Positions 8,647 to 17,233 of a DNA stretch of 29,011 nt are shown piece after piece. Made by a program: the position numbers and the translations under genes. Location of the stretch: positions 1 through 29,011 of the IMG/VR virus record IMGVR_UViG_3300030389_002546, one strand, 5' to 3'. Origin of the DNA: a virus (taxonomy: Duplodnaviria > Caudoviricetes). A model generated the notes under the pieces. That model ran no database searches and had not been told where the DNA came from. It worked only from the letters and a program-made list of their open reading frames with translations. Position 1 is the stretch's first letter; each line of letters begins with the position of its first letter.

Positions 8647-11396
8647 TATGGTAATAAAATTAATTCTACTGTTGCTAATTCATCTTCTTTATATTCTATT
8701 CTATTTACTCTAAAATTTCTGTTCTTAATAAATACTTTATCAAAAAAATTAAAATTTTGTATGTCACTTGGATTTAGGTTTAATTTTACAGTAACAATTC
8801 TTGTATCTGGATGGTATAGTTCATCTATATAGTTAGACCAATAAGTGTTAAATAAGTTATTTACACAAATTTGCCCCATACTTGGAAAAAGCGCCTTACT
8901 TTCAAAATTGTAATCATTAGTATCTATTGTAGCAGGTACTTCTTCTGTATGACTAAATGATAAATATGTATTTTGTTGATTAAATTGTGAAGAGTTATTT
9001 TGTGGTGGACAACTATATGTAGTTGTTGGTAAAGTTTTAACACCTACATCATATAATATTCTTGCTTCATTGCTAAAGTCACTAAATTCTTCTTCGTCTT
9101 TCTTAGAAAATATAGCAGGTATGGTAAATTCTTCATCCACAACATCTAAAACAGGCTTCATCACAGTTGGTGCGAATACATCTAATTTTATTTCTTTTTT
9201 ATTTTCTAACCTGTTATAATCACTATATGTTCGTACACTACTACCATAATAATATGATGTAAAATTTTCATATATTTTTAGTGGATGGTCACTTTCATCT
9301 CTTTTATAAGAAAATGTGGTTGTTAAATCTAGATTTTCTAATGGTTTTAGTTTATATTCTCTAGTATCTAACTTTTCTGTCCAATCTAAATTATTTACGC
9401 TTATAGTAGTTGTGTCTGCTGTATCTTTAAATACTTTATCATATGGTTCTATAATTATATTATTTTTATCCTCTTTATCTTCTATAAATACAAGATTAAA
9501 CATTTTTCGTAGGTCATTTAAGATATCAAACAACTTAGTTGAGCCTCTTTTCTTTATTAAGTAATTCTGTAAAGTTGTACCTGTAGAACTATGCCTAAAT
9601 ATTGCACCATCATGTATACCTTTTTCTTCTCTGATTCTACCTGCATCATCAGTTTTTACCTGAAATTGCAAGAAATCTCCTACGTCCATTATTACATTAG
9701 CAGAACCTCTAAAAGTTTTATTTGTTAATCCTAGTAAATCTCTTACTTTTTTGTTTATTACTGCTTTTTTAACTCCATTAGAATCAAAATGTACTAATCT
9801 AAATGTAATTTTTGTCCTAAATACGCTTGTATTTCTTACGCTTAATGTATAACCTACATTTACATTTAAGTTATTTACTGTATTAACGAATCTATCATTT
9901 GATAAATTAAAATAAGTTAAAGATGGAGAGAGTTGCGTGTCAAAATTATATGCTTGGAATGAAGTGCCAATGAAACTTTCTGAACCATCAAGTCTTACAA
10001 TATCTCGACCTGCTGTGTCAATACTAAATACACCCTCACCCCAATTAAAGTCCATATATAATTTTTTAAAATCAGCATCATCAAAGAAATTACTACTAAA
10101 AGTAAAATCTGTCAAAGCAAATATTTTATCTACTATATATCTAACTTTAAGCCATGGTCTATAAGCTTGTTCCAAATTTTGTAATTGTAACTCATTATTA
10201 TTTGCAAATAAAGAACCTGTCCAATCACAGAAAGGATATTTAAGTACATCTGTTCGTGATGCACCAACTGTACCTGCAAAAGTACCAGATGGTAAAGGAT
10301 TCGTTAATGGTAATGTTCCTGTCCATGATGCAACAATATTATCTTTATTATAATCATGGTCTAACTCTGTAAAATCTAAATCTGCTATTGTATTGTTAGC
10401 TAATCTATCTTTAAGAGATAATGTATTGGAATATAGATTTACATTATACATTACCTCATCATCTTTTTCCACTACATCATTTAGCTGTAAAAAACCATCA
10501 AATATAGTATAACCATCATTTTTTAAGACTGCTTTTGTCTTTACATATGGATTAAAAATAGTAGAATTAAAGGTAAAAGTATCATCTTGAGAACTCCTCG
10601 TTATGTCAAATATTTCGTTAAAAATCCTATTGTTTCTTTTTGTTCCAGGTAACATAAAGTCTTTACTATAACTCTTAGTTTGCTCAATGGTGTTTTTAAA
10701 TTCATCCATGCTTAATGTAACAGGTATATCCTCATCATCATATAAATCACAAATTACCTGTCCATCTTCTAAATCTTCAAAAGTAACAGCGCTAAAACCT
10801 AATGCTTCTTTAATTTCTACTTTATTAAGTACAAGTGTACTTGGAGTAGTTCCAAAAACATTTATAATTAAATCTAATTCATTGGTAAATGCAGTAATTA
10901 GTAAAGAATATGTACCTGCACTTTGGATAGTATTGTTTACAAATGTTTGAAAATAACCAGTATTTACACTAGGGTCTGCTGTAATAACTTCAATTAGAAA
11001 TGAACCTGTTGGAACGCTTGCTATATCTAAATTTAACTCATAGTCATTACCTGCAGTTAAATTAGGTATTTTTTGAGCAATCATAGACATTTGCTGTACA
11101 AAAGAACCTGTGTTTAATGTAATTTGTCCACCTGTCTGTGTAGGTGCAGATAAAGTATTAGTATGCAATGCAGTCCAATTTCCTGCTAATAATGGTACTG
11201 CGCTAAAACCATTTACAGTATGGAGTGTTGCATATAAATCTAAATATGATTGCGTAGTGCTAGCTGACAAAACAGGAGAAAATATAGCGTTGGTAAAAGC
11301 ATGGTTAGCTACATACTGACTAATATGACTAATTGCTGTTGAGCTAAATGTGCCATCATGTGTTTGCGGAAATAGTATAAGTTGAGTATTAGGCAT
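8646..11396 (-). CDS. Large tail tip/hub structural protein (916 aa)
   Basis: Size and position; motifs DLYDDEDIPVTLS...SYSKDFMLPGTKRNNRIF, DVLKYPFCDW, MFNLVF and NLFNTYWSNYIDELY. Confidence 0.65.
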   Translation of the reverse strand: MPNTQLILFPQTHDGTFSSTAISHISQYVANHAFTNAIFSPVLSASTTQSYLDLYATLHTVNGFSAVPLLAGNWTALHTNTLSAPTQTGGQITLNTGSFVQQMSMIAQKIPNLTAGNDYELNLDIASVPTGSFLIEVITADPSVNTGYFQTFVNNTIQSAGTYSLLITAFTNELDLIINVFGTTPSTLVLNKVEIKEALGFSAVTFEDLEDGQVICDLYDDEDIPVTLSMDEFKNTIEQTKSYSKDFMLPGTKRNNRIFNEIFDITRSSQDDTFTFNSTIFNPYVKTKAVLKNDGYTIFDGFLQLNDVVEKDDEVMYNVNLYSNTLSLKDRLANNTIADLDFTELDHDYNKDNIVASWTGTLPLTNPLPSGTFAGTVGASRTDVLKYPFCDWTGSLFANNNELQLQNLEQAYRPWLKVRYIVDKIFALTDFTFSSNFFDDADFKKLYMDFNWGEGVFSIDTAGRDIVRLDGSESFIGTSFQAYNFDTQLSPSLTYFNLSNDRFVNTVNNLNVNVGYTLSVRNTSVFRTKITFRLVHFDSNGVKKAVINKKVRDLLGLTNKTFRGSANVIMDVGDFLQFQVKTDDAGRIREEKGIHDGAIFRHSSTGTTLQNYLIKKRGSTKLFDILNDLRKMFNLVFIEDKEDKNNIIIEPYDKVFKDTADTTTISVNNLDWTEKLDTREYKLKPLENLDLTTTFSYKRDESDHPLKIYENFTSYYYGSSVRTYSDYNRLENKKEIKLDVFAPTVMKPVLDVVDEEFTIPAIFSKKDEEEFSDFSNEARILYDVGVKTLPTTTYSCPPQNNSSQFNQQNTYLSFSHTEEVPATIDTNDYNFESKALFPSMGQICVNNLFNTYWSNYIDELYHPDTRIVTVKLNLNPSDIQNFNFFDKVFIKNRNFRVNRIEYKEDELATVELILLP

Positions 11397-12810
11397 GTTG
11401 TATGACTTTATTTTTGCTCATTTCTATTTCTAAACTATATTGTATTAGTTTATCGTTTGCTTTTGTTTGCCTTGTATATGTTTGTGATTTAATTACCACA
11501 GGCGTAACATATTTTCTACCAATTCCACCTATATCTAATGTTTCATGCTCACTAAGTATATATACTTCTGGACTTGTAAATAATTGCTCTAGCCATATTG
11601 CTGTTTCTTCTGTGATAAAATCTGTATTTAAAGATAAAGTTTCTTTGGAGTTTGTTCTAAATGTTTTAGTACCACCTTTATATCCTCTTAATTTAAAATT
11701 ATCATCATTCCAAGTACCTTTTAGTTGTTGGAAATTTTTCCTTGTCGTATTTACTGTTCTTATATTTTTCTTAGTAAAGTTAAAATAATCCCAAGCACCA
11801 TGTCTATTTAACCATGTTAATCTAAGCTTCTCAAATCCTTTACAATCATTTTCTACAATGTTAAATGTATATGATTGTGTAATAGGGTCATCATTATCAT
11901 CTTGCGCTTGTATTTTATAACTTTTAAAAGTAGATGTCGTTGTGAAATGTTGCTTTATATTTGCAGTACCAACACCACTAAAAACTAATTTACTATTACT
12001 ATTTTGATGGCTAACTCCAATACCACCAAATGTAGGTAGATTTACTATATTTTTTGTATGGACTATGGAGCCTGTTCCATCCAATCCATCATAAAAGTTT
12101 ATCTGTATTCTTCTAACATGTGTATTGCTTGCGCCTGAACCTGCAGTTGTAAAATCGCCCTCTAAATTGTTAAAGAATGCAACTGTATGATAATCATTCA
12201 ATCCTATTTCTAGTGTAGTTGGACAATCTGTTAAAAATTTAGCACTATCATCATTTGCTATATAATTAAATATATCTAAATTGTATCCAAAATCATCATT
12301 TATTGTTTGTAATACATCATCTTCTTGTAGAGTACCATTATAGATAATAAATTCATCTGACTGTTTTACTACGCTATCATCTATTTGTGGTGCATCATTT
12401 TCTGCATTTGAATATTGGATACCAAACTCTATTTGTAATAATCTAACCGTGTTTTGGTTAGTTGCAAATTGGTCTATAACATGTATAGGATGTTCTAAAT
12501 CGTTAAATGGATTGCTTTTAAAAGTAGAAAATTTGTTATGTACGTCACTTACTTTTCCACCTAAATTATCACTCGTAACATAACTTTGTAATACTTTACT
12601 AAAATCAAATATGCCTTTTCCTCGTCCATTTGGACTTACTTTTAATGTAACCACATGTTGTTGTTGCGCTACATTAGTCTTTGCTACTCTTACTTTTGCT
12701 ATAAACTTTACATTAAATTTTGTAGCTGTTAATTGGTCATCCTCTACAACAAATATAATTGGTTGGTAAACAGGTATAACATTAAATAATGGTTTTTGTC
12801 TAATATTCAT
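11389..12810 (-). CDS. Tail structural protein (473 aa, possibly distal tail)
   Basis: C-terminal LTWLNRHGAWDYFNF...LSLNTDFI...LEQLFTSPEVY motifs; directly upstream of the hub-like gene. Confidence 0.6.
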   Translation of the reverse strand: MNIRQKPLFNVIPVYQPIIFVVEDDQLTATKFNVKFIAKVRVAKTNVAQQQHVVTLKVSPNGRGKGIFDFSKVLQSYVTSDNLGGKVSDVHNKFSTFKSNPFNDLEHPIHVIDQFATNQNTVRLLQIEFGIQYSNAENDAPQIDDSVVKQSDEFIIYNGTLQEDDVLQTINDDFGYNLDIFNYIANDDSAKFLTDCPTTLEIGLNDYHTVAFFNNLEGDFTTAGSGASNTHVRRIQINFYDGLDGTGSIVHTKNIVNLPTFGGIGVSHQNSNSKLVFSGVGTANIKQHFTTTSTFKSYKIQAQDDNDDPITQSYTFNIVENDCKGFEKLRLTWLNRHGAWDYFNFTKKNIRTVNTTRKNFQQLKGTWNDDNFKLRGYKGGTKTFRTNSKETLSLNTDFITEETAIWLEQLFTSPEVYILSEHETLDIGGIGRKYVTPVVIKSQTYTRQTKANDKLIQYSLEIEMSKNKVIQHA

Positions 12811-12812
12811 CT

Positions 12813-13328
12813 TTATGTCTTAAATTGTCCTACAAAGTCTTTATTAAAGGCAATGGCAAATTCTTTAGGAAAGTCTCTTATAAACCTGTTTAGTGGTTTA
12901 CTATAAAAACTTAAACCTTGTATTCCTCTAAAATATATTTTTCTTGCTATCAAAAATTTTAAACTTTGTCTTGTTATAAATCTTCCTTTTTCATCTCTTG
13001 GTGCTAATCCTCTTTTTACTATCCACTTGTCAAAAACTCTTGTTGGTGGCATTTTGTTTGTATATTGGTAAGGTGTACTACGTTTTTGGTTTTTGTAGTC
13101 AATGTAGTATCTTCTTTGTTTTGTTCCACTAACTCCTTTTTCTACAAATTGTCCATAATCCGACATCTTAAACTCTATAATAAATTCTCCTGCATTTTCT
13201 TTTACCTCATAGTTTATAGAGTTTAGCAAAGTTCCACTAACATTCTTATCACTCTGTTTAAGTGTGTTTTTTGCTTGGCTGACAACCTTTTTACCAAACG
13301 ACTTTAAGTAATTTCTTACGTTACGCAC
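12813..13328 (-). CDS. Putative neck/tail-completion protein (HK97 gp10-like)
   Basis: Basic protein with SGTLLNSI, DYGQFVEKGVSG and FLIARKIYFRGI motifs. Confidence 0.5.
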   Translation of the reverse strand: MRNVRNYLKSFGKKVVSQAKNTLKQSDKNVSGTLLNSINYEVKENAGEFIIEFKMSDYGQFVEKGVSGTKQRRYYIDYKNQKRSTPYQYTNKMPPTRVFDKWIVKRGLAPRDEKGRFITRQSLKFLIARKIYFRGIQGLSFYSKPLNRFIRDFPKEFAIAFNKDFVGQFKT

Positions 13329-13791
13329 CTGCTACAAATATTTCTACTGTTACATTCTGGTCTGCACTATCTACTATAATACTTTCTAAGTCTTTCATAG
13401 TAGTTTCTATGCTTGCAGAAGAATCATTTACTGCTATAGCGTCATGTGGCGTACCCATCATAAAAGATTGACCTGCAGGTAATGATATAGTAGCACTTCT
13501 TTCTGCGTCGCTATCATTATTATTTGCATCAATTTGTAAAGATAGATTTACATTATTGGTACTATCTAGGTTAGTTATTCTTATATATTTTGTATCCTGT
13601 ATATCTACTGCGCCATCTTGACTTGCAATAGTATCTTTCGTTAATACTACTGTTCCATCAGAGTTAGCAGGTATCGTTACTACTCTTTCTAATGTATGTT
13701 CTATGCCTGTTATTGTAAGTTGGTTGGTAGAACCTCTTACCGAACCATTTAAAATTACATTTTCTGTGATTGTTACTGTTAAATTTGCCAT
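13321..13791 (-). CDS. Hypothetical virion protein (156 aa)
   Basis: Coupled, beta-rich ORF (KYIRITNLDSTN). Confidence 0.65.
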   Translation of the reverse strand: MANLTVTITENVILNGSVRGSTNQLTITGIEHTLERVVTIPANSDGTVVLTKDTIASQDGAVDIQDTKYIRITNLDSTNNVNLSLQIDANNNDSDAERSATISLPAGQSFMMGTPHDAIAVNDSSASIETTMKDLESIIVDSADQNVTVEIFVAGA

Positions 13792-14141
13792 TATTTTTTA
13801 TCTATTTGTTTTAATTTTCTTATTGCCCATTCTACTCCACTAGTTCCACCCCAAGCATCCCACATTAGACCACCACATCCTTCCGAATATGGTACATCTT
13901 TGTGTTGTTGATGTCTTTTAAAACTAGCCATTCTTGCTATTGTATCTCTACTTATATTTTCTCTTCTTGCTAATTGTCCTGCTCTTGTCCAACCTACTCT
14001 TGTACCACAAGTCGTTCCATTTTCCTCTTTCCATTTTATTGCCCTCTTTGCATTGTTTGTTGCTGCCTTTGGATAATCGTTATATGTCTCAAATTTTCTG
14101 CTTATAGCATCTAACTTGTCTAATGTATCGTCATATTTCAT
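13791..14141 (-). CDS. Conserved-looking phage protein (116 aa)
   Basis: DYPKAATNNAKRA...CGTRVGWTRAGQLA...GCGGLMWDAWGG. Confidence 0.7.
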   Translation of the reverse strand: MKYDDTLDKLDAISRKFETYNDYPKAATNNAKRAIKWKEENGTTCGTRVGWTRAGQLARRENISRDTIARMASFKRHQQHKDVPYSEGCGGLMWDAWGGTSGVEWAIRKLKQIDKK

Positions 14142-14199
14142 AAGTAATCTTTGGTGGTATTATTTGTATTCTTAATTTTCCTATCTTAATTTTTATCAT
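14131..14199 (-). CDS. Small basic peptide MIKIKIGKLRIQIIPPKITYEI (22 aa)
   Basis: Hand-found. ATGA overlap with the upstream stop; its end overlaps the next start and fills the gap exactly. Confidence 0.45.
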   Translation of the reverse strand: MIKIKIGKLRIQIIPPKITYEI

Positions 14200-14690
14200 T
14201 TGCCTATTGGTGTTGTAGGTTGTGGTATGTTACAACTGTTAAAGTCTTGTTCCACTATTATTGGTATAGTAAATGTCCATCCACTAACTGCGTTGTCAAA
14301 TCTTTCTGTGAATGGTTCTATCGTAAAATCGTTATCCACAAAATATTTTTCTTCTTCTCCATGTTGTGCATTATATTTAAACAAACTCTCTCCACTTTTA
14401 AACGTTGCTATAATATCTGTACAAATGCTAAGGCAATCGCTTAGCACTTCTTGTTCATTACTTTCATCTGGTTCTACTAAATCCATAATGAAAACTTGGA
14501 AATTAAACGTAAATTGTCCTTGTGATGCCACAACAGTCTGTGGTACAATATGCATTAGTGGATATAACGTATTTTTTTCTAAATCCATCTCAAATATATC
14601 ACCACTACTAACTTGTTGTATTTGGTAATGATTTACTCCTAGTTGTTCTAGTGTATCTATAAGATTATTGTAAGTTTTATTATTTACCAT
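14196..14690 (-). CDS. Putative tail terminator/tail-completion protein
   Basis: Acidic; motifs YPLMHIVP, FNFQVFIMD and EPFTERFDNAVSGW. Confidence 0.55.
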   Translation of the reverse strand: MVNNKTYNNLIDTLEQLGVNHYQIQQVSSGDIFEMDLEKNTLYPLMHIVPQTVVASQGQFTFNFQVFIMDLVEPDESNEQEVLSDCLSICTDIIATFKSGESLFKYNAQHGEEEKYFVDNDFTIEPFTERFDNAVSGWTFTIPIIVEQDFNSCNIPQPTTPIGK

Positions 14691-14928
14691 TATTTACACT
14701 TTTTAGTTCATTTAAATCTGCTTCATACGTTAGCCATGTTAGACAAACATATAAACTTAGATTTGTTATATTATTTAGATTTACTATTTCTCCTTTTGTT
14801 AAATTATACATTATACCAAACCAACCCCATTTTTTAGAAAATTCTTCTCCTGTTGTTATATTGTCATCTTGCTCTGTTCTAGAGAATACCAAGGCAAATT
14901 GCTCAATAGTTCTCTTACGAAAGTCCAA
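14680..14928 (-). CDS. Tail assembly chaperone, -1 frameshift extension (GT-like)
   Basis: Has only a TTG start lying inside a T9 run; is in the -1 frame of 14856..15449; KKWGWF motif. Confidence 0.65.
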   Translation of the reverse strand: MDFRKRTIEQFALVFSRTEQDDNITTGEEFSKKWGWFGIMYNLTKGEIVNLNNITNLSLYVCLTWLTYEADLNELKSVNNGK

Positions 14929-15449
14929 AAAAAAAGCAATGCGTTTTGCACTTGCTCTGCTTTCATTTGTAGAAATTTATTTGCTCTCATCCCTGTTGTT
15001 GCACTATCATATGGTGCAATAGTATAATAAGATTTGTCTTTGTCAATTATTGGTCTAAATAATATAGCCATAATCTTATGTAAATTCTTATTTATATCTA
15101 TTTTTATATATTGCTCCAAATCTGCGTATTCTCCTAACGTTATTTCTTCTAAGTCTGGTATAAAACCATATTCATCATTATTTATTTTTACTATTTTTCT
15201 AAGATAAGTGGATTGTTTTGCTTGCCTATCGCTACATTTCTTAAATATATCTACAACATGCGCCAAACTTAGTTTGTCTAGTATTTTTGTAGGAATATCC
15301 GCCATCATATTTATTAATTCTTGCGTTTGCTCTATCTCTGTGCCATCTTCTTTTTCCAATAACCTCATCCATTTTTCTAGTGTTACATCACTCCATGACT
15401 TTATAGTAAACTCTTTTACTTCTTCATTTTCTAAAATCTTTATTGTCAT
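14856..15449 (-). CDS. Tail assembly chaperone (G-like)
   Basis: YGFIPDLEEITLGEYADLE...IMAILFRPI; slippery CTT TTT TTT TGG near the 3' end. Confidence 0.6.
   Translation of the reverse strand: MTIKILENEEVKEFTIKSWSDVTLEKWMRLLEKEDGTEIEQTQELINMMADIPTKILDKLSLAHVVDIFKKCSDRQAKQSTYLRKIVKINNDEYGFIPDLEEITLGEYADLEQYIKIDINKNLHKIMAILFRPIIDKDKSYYTIAPYDSATTGMRANKFLQMKAEQVQNALLFFWTFVRELLSNLPWYSLEQSKMTI
14927..14935 (-). other. Putative programmed -1 ribosomal frameshift site (T TTT TTT)
   Basis: T9 run on the minus strand exactly where the two overlapping ORFs meet. Confidence 0.65.
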
Positions 15450-15452
15450 AAT

Positions 15453-15464
15453 CTTAAATAGAAA
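15453..15464 (-). promoter_or_regulatory. Candidate late-promoter motif TTTCTATTTAAG at the head of the tail operon
   Basis: Identical to 3179-3190 with the same 3-nt spacing to ATG. Confidence 0.5.
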
Positions 15465-15488
15465 TTTTTTACTTTTAGTTTATCTTTT

Positions 15489-15496
15489 TATATTTG
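15489..15496 (+). promoter_or_regulatory. Bacteroidota -7 promoter element TATATTTG facing the intergenic hairpin
   Basis: Matches TAnnTTTG and is identical to the elements at 25291-25298 (-) and 25412-25419 (+). The -33 match is weak. Confidence 0.55.
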
Positions 15497-15499
15497 CAG

Positions 15500-15589
15500 A
15501 GTTTCGTAATGAAATGTTTTGTTTGTTGGCAGGAATAGACTGGAGACTTAATTAATTTTCTAAGTACAGGTTTGTTCCTGCTTTCTTAT
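15500..15589 (+). ncRNA. Candidate small regulatory RNA (~85 nt)
   Basis: Upstream promoter element, U-rich 5' segment, long hairpin 15529-15581 whose G-U pairs form only on the plus strand, then TTTCTTAT. Confidence 0.45.
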
Positions 15590-16896
15590 TGTATATAGTA
15601 TCTACCATAGCTAGTATCTATTTCATAATACATTCTCATAGCCATAGCATCTGCATAGTCAGGAGAACGACCAAGTATAGCTTTTATCGTTTCTTTTGGT
15701 ACAATTTGTAATTTATTGTCCTTATCTTGGTCTTTGCTTCTTATCTGTTCTAACTCCTCTATCATTGTTTGTTTTATATTTACATCATTCATACTTATAC
15801 CTATCTGTGCTGTATTTATCATACTTGCTAACTTGTAGTAACATTGCGTTTTAAGATTTTGGTAATTTTCTTTTTTTATTGGTCTAGAATTGTTTACAAA
15901 ACCTCTACATCTTAGATAATCTTTAACTCCACCACCAACGCCATCCTCATCTACAATTATGTTAGATAATTTAACTTGCTCTTGTTGTTGTATTTGTTTA
16001 ATTTGCTCTACAACATCATTTATAGCGCTTTTAAGCAACGTTCTTACTTTTGTAATATGTAACCCTTTCCATAACATTATAATTGTTTTATCGTTACCAA
16101 ATCGTGCTACATCACAGGTTATATATTTTTCTCCATCTATGCCTTGTTGGTCAAATAGTCTAACTATTGCATCATAGTTGCATAAACTATCGTCTGACAC
16201 ATCATATTCCCAATTACCAAATAGTAACCTTTGTTTACTTAGTTCGTCAAGTGTTTCTAGTTGTGTTTTATAGAATTTACTTATATATTCATTGTCATCT
16301 ACTAAGCTTTGTATAAATCTTCTATGTTTTTTTATAGTACCATCTTTTGCAGGTTTATAATATTGTGTATAAACCCAATTTTTAGCAGGATTGCAAGTCA
16401 TAAGTAACTTAGGTATGATATTGTACTTATCTAACTTGTACCTTAATCTACTTGCTACAATATTTTTTGCCTTTTCTGTAATTTGGTTTGCCTCATCTAT
16501 GAATGCACCTGTTATCTCTAACGAACCTAAGCTATCAAAGTTTCTGTCTGATGGATATAAGAACAAATCTTTTAGTATTATCTCTGAACCATTATAAAAC
16601 TTTATAATATTTGTACTTGCATTAAAATTATAATGTTTGTCTGCTATAATATTCCAATGTTGGCAAACTTCAAAGAATGTATTTAACGTGGTTTTTTTAA
16701 GTGCATCTAACTTACTACGCCCCATTAAATATCTTGTACCTGCATATTTAAGACATACTATAATTATCCATGCACAACCAACCCATGACTTACCACCACC
16801 TGCTGCACCACCAAATAGTATCTCTGTTGTTTGTTTGTCAAATAAGTATTCTATTGCCTGTTCCTGCGTATAAGTAAATTTAGCATCAATAGTCAA
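15586..16896 (-). CDS. terL: Terminase large subunit
   Basis: Walker A GGAAGGGKS, Walker B FIDE, coupling motif TCNP, nuclease motifs CDVARFGND and SPDYADA. Confidence 0.95.
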   Translation of the reverse strand: MTIDAKFTYTQEQAIEYLFDKQTTEILFGGAAGGGKSWVGCAWIIIVCLKYAGTRYLMGRSKLDALKKTTLNTFFEVCQHWNIIADKHYNFNASTNIIKFYNGSEIILKDLFLYPSDRNFDSLGSLEITGAFIDEANQITEKAKNIVASRLRYKLDKYNIIPKLLMTCNPAKNWVYTQYYKPAKDGTIKKHRRFIQSLVDDNEYISKFYKTQLETLDELSKQRLLFGNWEYDVSDDSLCNYDAIVRLFDQQGIDGEKYITCDVARFGNDKTIIMLWKGLHITKVRTLLKSAINDVVEQIKQIQQQEQVKLSNIIVDEDGVGGGVKDYLRCRGFVNNSRPIKKENYQNLKTQCYYKLASMINTAQIGISMNDVNIKQTMIEELEQIRSKDQDKDNKLQIVPKETIKAILGRSPDYADAMAMRMYYEIDTSYGRYYIQ

Positions 16897-17233
16897 TACC
16901 TTTTATGTTTACATTTATTTTTATAGGTTCATTGTCGCTAGTAATATCTAAATGCGTTTTTTCGTTCCAACCTAACCTCGTTTTAGCGGCATGTATAACC
17001 ACACTAGGTACTTTGTCCTTAACACATTCATAATATTTTGACTTAATAAAATCGTTTTCTATATTTTGTATCTCCTTTACTTGCTCTGCAAACTCTTTAT
17101 CCTCTTTCATCCATTTATAAAAGTTTGTTCTACTTAACTCTGTTTGCTTTAATGCAGTTGTAATAACGCCTAGGCTATTTTCTAAAGCTTTTAGTAAACG
17201 TTCTTTATTTATGCGTGTTCTATTTTGTTCCAT
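16886..17233 (-). CDS. terS: Terminase small subunit (putative)
   Basis: N-terminal HTH (LSRTNFYKWMKEDKEF); overlaps the terL start. Confidence 0.7.
   Translation of the reverse strand: MEQNRTRINKERLLKALENSLGVITTALKQTELSRTNFYKWMKEDKEFAEQVKEIQNIENDFIKSKYYECVKDKVPSVVIHAAKTRLGWNEKTHLDITSDNEPIKINVNIKGIDY

Noticed and set aside
15529-15581. Hairpin as a minus-strand terminator of terL, or as a tRNA or CRISPR remnant
   Set aside because: On the minus strand it has A-C mismatches and no U-tract; there is no cloverleaf or repeat-spacer pattern.
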